From Bigelowiella natans CCMP2755 (Eukaryota > Protista > Cercozoa): DNA of 64,000 nt. Shown piece after piece: positions 11,659-24,945 of this stretch. The stretch lies in NCBI GenBank assembly GCA_000320545.1, contig ADNK01001279.1, forward strand, positions 91,456 through 155,455. The letters run 5' to 3'. The position numbers and the translations under genes were made by a program. How positions within the stretch are numbered: the stretch's first letter is position 1; each line of letters begins with the position of its first letter. The notes beneath the pieces were generated by a model. That model did no database searches. It worked only from the letters and a program-made list of their open reading frames with translations, and was not told the origin of the DNA.

Positions 11659-14600
11659 CCTGCTCCGTGTCTAGCCCATATGCTCTTTATGATCTTAATT
11701 CTGGCCGTAAGTGCGAACTTCTCCATGCTTTGATGGAAGTCTTTAAGCTCTAACTGCCTTGTTGTACTGCGTAATTATTGAGTGCGATCAAGTATGAGTA
11801 GTAGTGGTAGAAGTAAGTAGTAGAAGCAGTACACAACCACCATCGAGATTTAAGAGGAGGAGGAAGTAGAGGAGATGGGGAACATACATTATATGGCTGC
11901 CAATAGTGCAGATAATAATTAGGTTACTAGTAGTAGTGATAGTAGTAGTAGTTGTAGTAGAAGTAGTAGTATCATCTTTTAGTTTATAAAGAGATTAGCG
12001 AACGATTAAGTAGTAAATAGGAAGAGGTGGGTGCAGCGTGCGTGAGAGATGGTTTGTTGTCATTTTCGTAGAAGAATAAGTAAACATAACACAGCATCAC
12101 ATCACATCCATGGAGGTTCATTCCAAAAACTAGAAACAAGAAAACCGCTTACGTGCTTCCTGTTCCAGATGCATAAATCTTTGTTTCAGTATCAAAATCA
12201 AGAGCGACAGCAACGTGTGACACTGTAACTCCAAGATGCGAGACCAAGATACGATCAGAGGATATAGGAGCGAGCACAATGCCTTCAAGCGCCTTCTCTT
12301 TTCGTAGTAAAGCTGGGTGCTTGAGGAATCTTCGTCTACGTGTGAAAGAGTCTAAGACCTCAACAAACTTATGTGCACGTAGGATTTTCCGCAAAACTGG
12401 CAATATCCTCTTTCCTTTGGATAACTCGTCCTCTAGCATTGGAAGATGCGGGTAGCGATAAGGCTTTGACTCCAAACTTAGCACCACTGTTTGTTTGTTT
12501 GCCAGCAGCCACAATACACATGACGACGACGACGACGATGATGATGATGATGATGACACAGCGATCACACATAAGAACTATGAGAATAATAAAAATGGGG
12601 GAACCAAACATCAGCAAACATCATACACATTATCCGTAAATGAATAATGAACAGCTTGCTTTAATATCGTGCTACTCTTGCTTCACTTGTATTTTCCGTC
12701 ATGTGTTACTTTCATGTGTGTGTGTGTGTGTGTGTGTGTGCGTATGTGTGTGTGTGTGTGTGTGTGCGAATCGTAATTTTCCTCCTTCCTCTCAAGACTA
12801 TAGCTATGATATTAGTAGTTATATGAGTAGCACCTGTTCCATTTATGAGAGCGTAGGCTACTACTTTCAGTTGTTGATAGTTCTGGTCTCCTTGGTGGTC
12901 AAAGGTGATGATAAGTGTATCGATGGAGAGCGACTTCACTCGAAAGAAATTGGAGGGAATGATGTTGCTAGATGGTATAGTTGTTGATGATGACGATATC
13001 ATCGGCCTCTTGTTCCATTCGATAAGCTCGAGGGCATAGTTTGCTAGTTGACTTAAAGTGTTCAGGTTCATGCCTACGAGCGTTTGTATCATCCTTGGCG
13101 ACATGTGATCGTAAGAAATACGTAGTTGAGCCCTCTCAGGAAAGTTAGACTCCACAATGTCCATGGCCGTTGGGTAACAATCGCTGTTTAGCTTGCCTGT
13201 CGCTCCCAAGAATCCGCCGAAACGAGAGCGACATGGCTTAAACTTGAGAACATGGCGGAGCGTTTTGAAGAACTTATTCGAGCAGCATGCGGTCCAAGGA
13301 GATAAAGGTGCCTCTGATGGAGACTCCACATCGATACGAACCTCATCAATGAACCAACAACAGATAGGGAGGCAGGGAGGAATGGGAGGGAGAGAATATA
13401 TATATTATTCGGTGTCGTTGTAGTTGTCGGTGAATGGGTTTTGAGATATTTGATTGATTTTGATTGATTGGTGAAGATGTTGTTATTATCACGATTATTA
13501 TTTATTACTGGAAGGCCTTGTGAAGAACCACGCATCCAAGGTGCTAGTTGAATGTTGGCCACAAACGTGATAGCAGAGGGGATTATAGGCGAAGATACTA
13601 ATTGGAGACGTGAGGTCTGGATTTCTATAAACCTATGATAAATTGATATTTATTAATTATTAGATGTAGCAGTACAGCAGCAGCAGCAGTAGTAGTAGTA
13701 GTAGTTGTAGTAGCAGCAGATGTGTAGAAAGTAGGAGATAGCAAGCTAGGAGTTCTCATTGACGAAGATGACGATGTTGATGATAATAATGATGATGATG
13801 ATGATGACCACCTTATCGGTGCTATCTGCTCGCAGTATGCAATTCCTTTTTGGATGTGAGACTGGTTCCACAAAGAAACATCGTTCTTTGCGCTACTGGA
13901 GGTGCGGAGGAAGGCAGTAGTATTGGATGGTTGGCCATATTTCTCAGTGTTGAAGCCGTTGTTCCTCCCAAACACCATTCCTGGGGAGTTGCAGATCGTC
14001 GTCACGAAAGCTTCTGCACTCGATATACTGCTGATGCTATTCTGGCCTTGTTGTTGTTGGGTCTTCTTCTCTTCCTCCTCCTCCTTAGGATCATCATCTT
14101 TTGTCAATGCTGCTGTAGCTACCACTGCATCATCATTACTTTCATCTTCTTCTTCCATTGCGTTGTTACTATTATGATCCTTATTGCTATAGCCACTACT
14201 ATTATTATTGTTCGGTTTGAAGAACGATAATACAGCATGCACCACAACGCTCCCAGCTTCAATGCCTGTAATCTCGACGACTCGTGAATGAAGAGAATTG
14301 TAGTGGGATTCCCCCAAAGAAGAAGATGGAGAGCCTCTGCTACTTCTACTATCACCACTTTGTTGTTTTGACCCCTTCTCGAGGAATCTCAAACATGACT
14401 ACGGCATTATCATCACAAAAACAGCAGCAGCAGCAACAATAACAAAAACACATCATTTATCTAAGAATTCATTCTTAATAATATCATCATAAAGAAGGAG
14501 CGCTATGATGGCCATCTATGTTGATGTTGTTTCTCGTTGTTTACCTTCGCTCTATTACTACTACTACTACTACTACTACTACTACCTGCTTGAAACACTC

Positions 14601-15327
14601 TTCAAATTGCTTTCTATCGTCTGTTCCTTGATGACCGATTTGCTCGAGGCTGCAAGAAGAGAATGTCACTTTGAAAACTACTTGATAGAAACATTTGGGT
14701 GCAAAGATGCCGTCCATCAACTGCCTTGCGTCTGTTACAACCGAGAAAGATTTCTTTGCTTGAGATTCTACCTGATAATCAATGGATGGACGAATAAATG
14801 AATGATGAGACGTCACTGTAATCAAAATATACACATTTGTTACAATCCTCCCCATCCTCCTCCTTCTCCTCCTCCTTCTCAGTGAGGAGTGAGAGGGACT
14901 ACCCCTCCTCCTCCTCCTCCTCATCATCATCATCATAATTACATCGTTACATCATCACTCAGGCACTCAGACAGTCACCTGTACTACTTGTATGAACCAT
15001 GCACTTGCATTGAGATCATCATCATCATCAACAACAACGCTTGAAGGCTCAGAAGAGGACAGCTTAATTCCGAGGAAGAAGTTGGACCATTTCCGTAGCT
15101 TGATGAAAAGGCAGTAGGTTCCCATAAAGGGGTTGTTGATGTTGTTGTTGTTGTTGTTGTTTTCTAAGGAAGAGGAGGAGGAGGAGGAGGAGGAGGAGGA
15201 GGAGGAAGAAGAAGGGGTAGAGCTGCTGGTCCAGTGCGCTGTCAAGTAGCGCGACGTTGAAAGTCCCATACTATCACAAACCTGATTGTTAGTTAGTTAG
15301 TAAGGTAGCTATTTCTCAATTTATCAC

Positions 15328-15363
<36 letters not shown>

Positions 15364-15399
15364 TCACATCAGCTTTGTCTCCTCTCATTTCCGTTATCA

Positions 15400-15440
<41 letters not shown>

Positions 15441-16349
15441 TCCCCCTCCCATATTATTGCATACATCCGATATGTGCTCCAAAGCTGCCTGAGACCGTAG
15501 TGATCTTAGTTCTGCCACGATGTTGTAGCAGCTCTTCTCGATTGCTTTCTGTGTGTTGAAGAGGATGCGGTGCAATCGTGGTTTGACCAGCTGTAGTAGT
15601 CTTACGTTCTCACCACCACTTTCATCACCACCAGTACTTGCTCTTCTCTCCCAACGAAGGATAAACTTACCAGTGCGCATGTGCACCGATATAAGAATCT
15701 GCAGTATATGATGATGATGGTGATGACGAGGATGACTTCAAGCAAATACGATAAAACATATAAATCGTTTATTTGTAGAAGTAACATTGAAATACATCAT
15801 GGAAGTTAGACACAATGACGTATTCACTCAAATATGTTTATGGTAAGAAAAGGAGGAGGAGGAGGAGGAGGAGGAGGAGGAGACGAAGAAAGAGAAATTG
15901 AATGTCTTCACAATGGTATATGGTATTGGGAACTATTACGTATGCTGCCCAATGACAACAACAACAACAACAACAACAACAACCTTGTACGAATAGGTGA
16001 GATGTACGCGTAGGCTAGTGCTGCACGAGTGTTCAGATAACGAAGAGGAAGATGTAGTAGTAGACGATGATGATGATGATGATGATGAGGATGAAGATGC
16101 TTTGGATCTTGTTGCAACGATTGACAGTCTTTCATAACTCCTTCTCTTCCCCATATTGTGTGTCGCACGCTCGATGTACCTGTTTCAGTGTGGCGCAGAA
16201 GAAGGAAAGAACAAGGAAACGAATGATGATGATGGTGATGATGATGATATTGAGAGATGGAGGAAGAAGATGGGGAGGAGAGGGATTAGAAAGAGGAGTC
16301 TTAGATGTCGTGTACTAGTACCTACTACAACAACAACACCTACAACAAT

Positions 16350-16382
<33 letters not shown>

Positions 16383-16543
16383 CTTTTAAGCCTGTGAATA
16401 CGGTGTGCTGCGTGTGTGCTCAACACCGTCTGCATTACGCTCTCCAGATTCAATGCGGAGAACTTTATCTCTGATGGTGATTGATGATGATAATGATGAT
16501 GCGAGAGTCACAGAAGACACGTTTTGCAATGATATATGTGTGC

Positions 16544-16579
<36 letters not shown>

Positions 16580-16727
16580 TATGAGAGTAGTCGTTGTGTG
16601 CAGGAGGGGGAGAGAGATGGAGAGGCCAGTAGATACTTGTGCGCTGTTCTGACAAAATGTGTCAGAATAAGGTGTTTCTACTAGTGCTGCTGCTACTACT
16701 ACCACTGCCACTACTACTGTAACCTGG

Positions 16728-16759
<32 letters not shown>

Positions 16760-17434
16760 GCGAAATCGTCTTGATCATCGTCCTGGTGCTAGTATTTCCT
16801 CTTCCTCCTCCTACTCCCTTCAAATCATCTGTAGCACTTCGGCCCATCTCCTCCCCTCCATCATTAGTAATATTATCAGCATCACTAGCTGAAGCAACAA
16901 CCCCCCAATCGTCAAGTGGAGGGTTGTTCGTTACACCTAGTAGATTGTTGTGATTGTTTATTGCGATCTTCAAGTATATGTTATCATCCTCGTCATCTTG
17001 TCTCGTCTTTGGCTCTGATATTTAGAGAAGAATAGGCAGAAGAAGGGGGGGGAGGGGGAGGGGGAGGAGGAGGAGGAGGGGGAGGAGGAGGAGGAGGAGG
17101 ATAAGGATAGGAGAGAGAGAAAGGAAGTACTTATTTTCCTTTTTTCTTAACATCTTCCTTTTTATTATCGTGTGAGGGAACATATGATATTTGCTGCTTC
17201 ACCACGATGAAGTGCTTTTCACTTATGATGATGATGAACATGATGAAGATGAAGATTTGAGACGACATTGTATTAGTATCAAAAGTAGTAGTAGTAGTAG
17301 TAGTAGTAGTGCTATATATCATAGAATGGATGGATTATGTAATCTCATCATCATCATTATATGTGATAACCAAAGAACGACGACTTCATCATGTTACAGT
17401 GAATGTAACAAACAAAGACGATAGTGTATTGTTG

Positions 17435-17468
<34 letters not shown>

Positions 17469-18901
17469 GCTAGATGAGCGAGAAGTTCTTACTCTTCTTC
17501 TTACTATTATTCATGTTCTTATTACCAGCCTGGATTTGAGCAGCAGCAGCAGCATAGATCTGCCCATCAACTGGAATAAGTGGCGCATTTTTCCAATACC
17601 GAATAACAAGTTGTTCCTTGCTCCTAGTATGTATTTATACATCAATTAGAGTAGTGACCAACTTAATGATGATGCGTATGTGTAAGTGTGGTGGGGGTGC
17701 AACAACATCTAGTCGTAGGACAGTGCCTATCATATTGCAGCAGCAGCAGCAGCAGCAGCAGCATATTGTTTGAAATGTTAGATGATAATACAAGTAGCAG
17801 TATGCACACACATAATAAAGTTACTATCTATTTAAGTAGCTAACCTGCTGATTGTCACTCCTTTTGGTCCAAACCTTGCGTGGAGACTTCCTGCTGCTTC
17901 TCTTGCTTGCTTCTGCAGCACGCCAAGACTGAAAAACAACAACAACAACGACAACAACAACAACAACATCAACAAGATGCAACCAGTAGAAACGAGAAGC
18001 TTTCATCAGAGTTATGACGACGACGATGATAACCATGATGATGATAATGATGGTTTGACTAGTAGCTAAAGCTGTAGAGAGAAAAGAGAGAGAGGGGGGG
18101 GGGGGGGGGGGCATAACAGAGCGCTAGTAATAAAGCAGCAATGTCGCATGGTGTATACATTTTCCAGGAAGGATTCTAACAACTGAAGAGATATGAATGA
18201 TGGGATTATCTCGATTATAAGTCTTTACGACAGAGTACACTCGCGTTACTTCTTCTTCTACTACTAAATGTGATATATTATACGTGATTATTGTGATGAT
18301 ATACTAGGAAAGAGTATCTTTTATTATTGTTACCCAAGTCTCATGCAAAAGAGATGCAACCGATTGTAAATCACGACGATGGGGTTGGTCTGTATGTTTG
18401 TATGTTTGTATGTATGTATGTATGTCTGTATGTTTGTATGTGTATATGTATGCATGTATGTATGTATGAAACACGGCATTATTATTAGTAGTATAACAAG
18501 AAGAATAAATAAGAAGAAGGTAATTGCGACGACAACTGACTGAGCGGCGAGAAAGAAGAGACAGTTACAAATTGTTGTTGTTGTTGTTGTACTTAAAACA
18601 TCATTTACATATTTTGGTTCGTCCAATTGTGTTATCATCAGGTCGGCTGTGTTGATAATAGTTGGTGACGATCCTTCTCACTATCATCATCATCATGATT
18701 CTCATGGTAGCAGATGAGGTGATAATGACCTCAAGGAAGATAAGATTATTTAGGTGATCTCTCAGTTTGTTCATCTGAGTTGATTGGATGGTGGAAGGAA
18801 AAGAAGAAAATCATCATCAATAAGGAGCTTGCTAAGAGAGAAGACGACGATTGTTGCTTGTGGTGGTAGCAGCAGATATGTGCTACTGCTACTAGTAGCA
18901 T

Positions 18902-18934
<33 letters not shown>

Positions 18935-19152
18935 CAGAAGTAGTGGTAGTAGTAGTTCCGTGGTGTAGTATAAAATGATGCTAGATTAGATGATGTGTAT
19001 GTTATATCGTATTTTTTGGCGGAGAGCACTACTACCTGCATTTGATCCACAAGGAGTCTATTTGACTTGTTCTTGTTCTTGTTGTTATTAGCTTTCTCAG
19101 CAACCAAGATATTAACGCTGAGTAGTAGCCAAAATACCCTTCTATTTTGAGG

Positions 19153-19184
<32 letters not shown>

Positions 19185-19590
19185 TGTCCCCCTCTTTCTG
19201 GTCACAGCCTCCTTCCTTGTACGCCGTCCTACTGCTACTGCTTCTTCTTCTTCCAGATGGCTGGTGCGGTGCTAAAGGAGCTCCTTCTGGTTTCATTCTT
19301 AGGGATATTCCTATCTCGAATTCGTCGGCAGCCCTCAGATATGCCACTCCGTTCTGTTGTAGATCAATAATAGAACAAGAAGAACAAAATTATCAAGATA
19401 AAAAAGAAGCAGCTCATCATCATCATCATCATCATCATCATCGTCATCATCGTCATCATGATATCACTACCACCACTACTACTACCTCAACTCGTATGTT
19501 TGTAAATTGTGCTGGGATCCTAGTTGCTAGTAGCCTTATCCAGACTTTGTCGTTTAGCCTAATGATATGATAGCGCACGGATGATGATGG

Positions 19591-19624
<34 letters not shown>

Positions 19625-19855
19625 CACTAGGTACTACGCCTTAAGGAGGGGGGATAGTAGATCGGTAGGTTGAATGTGTACAACCTTCGTATGGTACGTT
19701 TTCTTTCCTCTCGTGGCAACTTGCGTGAAATCTGAGCCTAAAAACCAACCGAATCAAGCATCTCAAGAGATCATAACGATAACGATAACAATACAATAAT
19801 AATTATGCCAAATCATAATGCTTTTCAGTGTCATTTATGTGAGTAATACCAATGC

Positions 19856-19900
<45 letters not shown>

Positions 19901-19960
19901 TGTTTGTCAAGTTCCTATGCACATATAAACTATACTACGTCCGTCTCGTCCAAAACGACA

Positions 19961-20014
<54 letters not shown>

Positions 20015-20600
20015 GAAAACAAGTGATGATAAATTCAGTACAAGCACAGGATATTCATCATTTTTCGGTGTATTCTACTACTAATAATAACACAAGGTAG
20101 TAGCACCATCACCAGCACCTTGGTTTCAATAATCTTCGGAAGCAAACGGTAGGAGCCTGCAGTCATGACATGCAGTGCAGCAGTAACATCCCACATAGGA
20201 TACGCTCTTTCATCGACCGCCCAGCGCTGATATGATGATGATAGTAATGATGATGATCATGATGAGGAATATCAAAGATCAATTGTTATTGGTTGCTTAC
20301 CGCAATAAGCTGAAGCCTTCTCTTCGTATCGTCAAACACATAGTCTCTCAATCGAGTCACCTGAGTAGTTGTCAAGATAAATCACTGTGGCTTACAATGT
20401 GATTTACCTACTTAATAGCGATTGCAATTGTGTCGCTTTTCCGGTGCTCTTTCCTCTCCTCTCTTCCTCGCTTTTAACATCATCATAATCATCATAATCA
20501 TCCTAGAATCTGCAACTACTAACTTTAGATAAACGCGAGAGTCTCTTGCTGATCGACGAGTAGTTCCTTGCGTATTTCACCAACACAAGGGCCTCTGCAC
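10797..20600 (-). CDS. Large intron-rich hypothetical protein (many exons; 5' limit uncertain, may reach ~21600)
   Basis: Long coding-like minus-strand exons (10797-11417, ~12150-12500, ~12800-13340, ~13810-14390 with '[20 protein letters not shown]', ~18990-19350, ~20120-20230), separated by microsatellite-rich GT-AG introns. No family recognised. Confidence 0.45.
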
Positions 20601-20866
20601 AAGGATGTGTGATGTATCAACAGTATGTAATAACAACAAAATTTTCATTCAAAAACTAAATCGGAACGGATGATAATGAATGAGCGAAGAGAAGCTTTCT
20701 CTGGCATGGCTATTGAATTATTCTATCTCTCGTTTTCAGTTTCCGGGAAAATTGCAACGTATCATGGGATGTAGCTGCTTCTAATTCTTTGTGAGAAATA
20801 ATCGGCAAGGAAGTGATTCTTGCTTGTGATTACGTTGTCTATCTGAACATACCCATCTTATGACTG

Positions 20867-20901
<35 letters not shown>

Positions 20902-20971
20902 CTATTCCTACTTTCAAATTCATGTCTCTTCACTTCGAGGGTGGCGAGAAGCCCTGCCGTGTAGCAAAATG

Positions 20972-21004
<33 letters not shown>

Positions 21005-21148
21005 ATAGTTGGATGTCAGTGAAATATTAGAGAAAGTAGACGGAAATAGGAGAGAGCTTGAAAGCCAAAATGGAACAGCAAACCAAAAAATCAGACAAAC
21101 ACACCAGGACCATTCTAAAAAATGAAGTTCGAATTACCTTAAAGTTCT

Positions 21149-21182
<34 letters not shown>

Positions 21183-22024
21183 CACTACACTACACTACTA
21201 CATGATTGTACATGATTAGATAGAGGGTGGTGTATTGACTTATTCTGTTGTTTGGATTCCCGGATCTATCCATCAGCGCTTCACTGAGATCACGCAGTGC
21301 GCTTGCTGTCCGGACGGCCTATTTGGGGGAAAAGGGGGAGGAGTGGGAACACAAAACCCATACGACGATCAAAGACATCGTTGTTTATACCCGACGGCCA
21401 GCGGCAGCAGCGGCAGCATCACCACCACCACCACCACCACCACCACCACCACCAATATCCTTACAGCAGCACCCACCAGCTGCTGCAAAATTCGTCTGAG
21501 CTCGACTTCATGATGCTCATTTTGCCAGGCACCCGCTCCCCTGATCGCAATATTCTTGTGAGGAGGAGAAGGGGAGGAGCAAATGAAGCTTGACGGCAAG
21601 ATAGTGTAGTCGCTTAATCATGATGATGCGCAGAAAGGAGGGCATTTTGATGTGTGCATCATTAGCATGAGGAGCACATGATTCACTTTTCCCTATAGCT
21701 GCGAAGAGGATTTGGGGGGGGATGTAGAGCGCAGCCCCTCTAGGAATAAAGGAATGAAAGAGAAAGACGTTATAGGTTTCATACTGCATTGTCCCCCTGG
21801 GTAGCAGGCTGGTGTGCTTTGTTTGTTCTCCTTTGTAGTAGTAGTAGGAAACTCTCTTCTGTAGTCTTTCTTATATCGTTGTCGTTGTGTTATATCTAGG
21901 TTGTTCCTTGGATGAAATAATGTCTACAATCAGATATGTCAGTTGATGAATGCCTTGTTGCTCGAAATAGATAGATCAACTTTTCATAATTACAAACATG
22001 GTAATATTCGGCTTGAATTATGAA

Positions 22025-23400
22025 ACCACTCAAAAATCTTCGCTGTGTTCTGAAATGTGTTCACTTGCAGCAGCCGCACTCACACCCGTCTTTCTTTGAT
22101 GTTTGTTGAGGCTCTGCTGCGTGCACATGCCTGTCTTCCATGTGGTTCTGGCGCATGTAGTTTTGATCAATGCTTTGTTCAATGTTCAATGTTCAATGTT
22201 CTTGTTCCCAAGTGGTGCAATGGCCTCAATTCCTGCATCATCACCTTGGTTCTGCCATGTGATTTTTTCAGTGATGCGGACGAAGCTGCAACCCCATCGC
22301 AGACGTTCACTGCAGGCGCGACTGCTTCCAAGTTCTTCCTCCCACGCCACTGCACCAACGGCACTCACGCAGTTGTCCAATTCGATGCAGCGATGGGCGT
22401 TTGACACATTCTGTCACAAGTTCTTCCGTGATTTTGCCTTTTTTTGTTCCACCTCTTGCGATTCAAACAGTGCTGGAGTGCACAAAAGCTCTCGCGATGG
22501 TTTTTGCCAAGGAAAGGATCGCCAGCGTGCAACGCTTGTTCACTGAGAGCAGGTGCCACTGAACGCACCAGCAGAGTTCAAGTCACTTGATTGACTCGAT
22601 TTTGTCTCCGCCCACTCGATCTAGCGATCTGACACACTCTGGCACTGAGATCATTGCCTGCTCGCCACCAAGTGATGGTTGACAAATGGTGGCTGCACCG
22701 ACAACGATCTAGCGGCCGACAGCCGACAGACAGCGCAGCACTGTGGCCCTGCCCCCTCTCGCACAGAGCCAGCGCCAGAGCGCATCGCCTCAAAACTCCA
22801 ATTTTTCCACCATCACTAGATCACATTCTCTGGTTCTGTGCGTGCGTGTCTGTGGGGACTTCAAGTCCCTGGGTCCATTCATTTTTCACTGCACATCACC
22901 ACAGCCATGGATGCTCTCGTTTTGTCACACACGCACATTGCACGTGCACACTGAAGATCGTGTCTGTCATTGTTGACCCAAATGACACTTCATGCATGCG
23001 CGATGGAGCAGGTGCGCAGGTGCACACATCATTGCAGGCCACGGTGTGGAAAGCAAGCAAGTGTGACAAGTTGCATGGCTTGAAAACCGCATCACAACAG
23101 ATGCAACATTTTGTGTGTGCACTGCAGTGCACGCTGCTGCACAATGCATTGCAACAAAAAAGTGTCCGTGCATGCTAGCATGTGCATGTCGTTTTGATCG
23201 CATGTGCATGCGCATGAACAAAGTCAATGCGGAGTCTACACGGGCAATGCATGTTTTGAATGGTCTAGGCACAGTGAAAGCCGCGCACCTAGCCACACAC
23301 ATGCACACGTGCGACACATGCTGCGCACATGTGACGCACTAGCGCAGCGATGCATGCACGCTATGCACACGCACGTTCTTTTGTCATTAGCGCAGGCCAT
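22025..23400. mobile_element. TpA-erased repeat/transposon relic, possibly with a DNA-transposase fragment on the minus strand
   Basis: About 1.4 kb in which TA survives only in CTAG plus one each of GTAG, CTAC, CTAT and TTAG. Overlapping ORFs are Tyr-free and Cys/His-rich. The minus-strand 'RESFCALQHCLNRKRWNKKRQNHGRTCDR' weakly recalls a transposase C-terminal ESF...KR segment. Confidence 0.45.
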
Positions 23401-23687
23401 TGTCACAATATATACGTAGTGTACATACCATTTGTAACAACTACGAAAGCATCCATCTTCGTCAATCATAATTCAGTTTAGCGTATATGATGGCTGCGTC
23501 AGCGTCGCGTTGGTATGCGCGCTGGTGGTAACTTCTTCTCAATACTCAAACTAAAAAAAGTCCCTCAAATTGTTCTGTTTGCTGAGGACCTGTGGACCGA
23601 AGAGAGCTCTATAGTGTTTACAATGTGCATGTTGATGACAAAAAGAGGGTATCTGTTACTAGTGTAGAACCATTTATGACATAGTTG

Positions 23688-24460
23688 TCAGAAGTGGAAA
23701 ATGAAAGAAGCTGCAAGCAAGGCAGAAATAATTCCAAATGCGCCATAGATGACGTACGGCTGCTCGGTTTGGACTTTGCGAAGTGCATTGCTTGCTTGGA
23801 TTGGTCTAACAGCCCCGTCTCGCAAGGAGTTTCGAGCCATATTTTTCATTTTGAGCAGAAGATCTTTGTCATTATTGGAGCTGTCTTTCCTGATATGTTC
23901 GAAGAAATTATGAATCAACAGACATTCTAGCTGAAGATTGTAATATTGTGACCCTGCTAAAGGTGTATACAGTTGTCTTGGAGTAGCTAACCTTCCTAGA
24001 TGATTGGGAACCTTTAAGTTAGGAGTGCAAGAATGAGAACATGACACATGAGAAATCATGAGGTTCAATCATCGGTTACCAGTTGTGACGAAAATGAAGG
24101 GAGAAAACCCTGAGTCAAGGATGCAGTCTTGCAATTGTAGTTTGTGTGAAAACGAGCTCTAAGGTCTCTCCCTAGAGGAGCCTGCTGCGTTGGTTTTATC
24201 ATCGCTATCACCACCATCATCGTCATTGTCGTCGTTGTCTTCATCGTCGTCCCAAATTCCTACTTGCTGCTCCTATGTAAAGACAATTATCATCCAAGAA
24301 CGATGCAAGTATACATGAAAATTGATACTAAGACGAACAGGCGAAAGAGTTAATGATAATGATGATCATGATGATGATGTCCTGACTGAATGAGCAACCC
24401 TTTCTTCGGCAGCAGAGCAGGGTGGCGACGATGGGAGTGGTTTCCAAAAATTGCCTCTAA
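23688..24460 (-). CDS. Hypothetical protein with a C-terminal transmembrane helix (tail-anchored-like); 5' exons uncertain
   Basis: The last exon ends ...VQTEQPYVIYGAFGIISALLAASFIFHF*. An upstream acidic exon-like segment reads EQQVGIWDDDEDNDDNDDDGG. Confidence 0.4.
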
Positions 24461-24808
24461 ATTGGGTCTACGTCATGAGATATATATTCATGCGAAAAAG
24501 AGACCGACGATAATAGGAATAGTTTAAATAAACCGCATCGATATCGGATCTACGTCATGAGATATTGATTCAAAATGTAGTTCGTACGAGTCGTAAGCAA
24601 ATATTACCATCATTATTGTTTATTCAAGTAGACTACCACAACAGAACGAAGCGAGGGAGGAGCAGTACCCCGATCTGACCACGAACAGTTCCTAGATCTA
24701 GTGGCAGTAGTGGTAGTAGGAAGGAAGGAAGTACGCTGCCCAGGAAAATAGATCACAGCAGTATAGGAAAGAAGAAGAAGGAGGACAAAAGGCGGGTTAG
24801 GAATCTCT

Positions 24809-24888
24809 CTGCTATCGGAACGTAAAGCCTAATCATATCGAACGAACTGCTATCGGAACGAAAAGCCTAATCATATCGAGCAAACTGC
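24809..24888 (+). repeat. 38-bp tandem duplication upstream of UFC1
   Basis: CTGCTATCGGAACG(T/A)AAAGCCTAATCATATCGA(A/G)C(G/A)AA occurs twice in tandem. Confidence 0.85.
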
Positions 24889-24945
24889 AAGAAACTAGGA
24901 CAGCTAAGTAGGCATTGTGAGAGGACCAGGCAAGAATCATCGAGA

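Noticed and set aside
22057-23419. ORFs up to 174 aa, Cys/His-rich and zinc-finger-looking
   Set aside because: Same artefact of TpA erasure, with no coherent domain.
24809-24888. Repeat units as a CRISPR-like array
   Set aside because: Only two adjacent units with no spacers, in a eukaryotic context with no cas genes.
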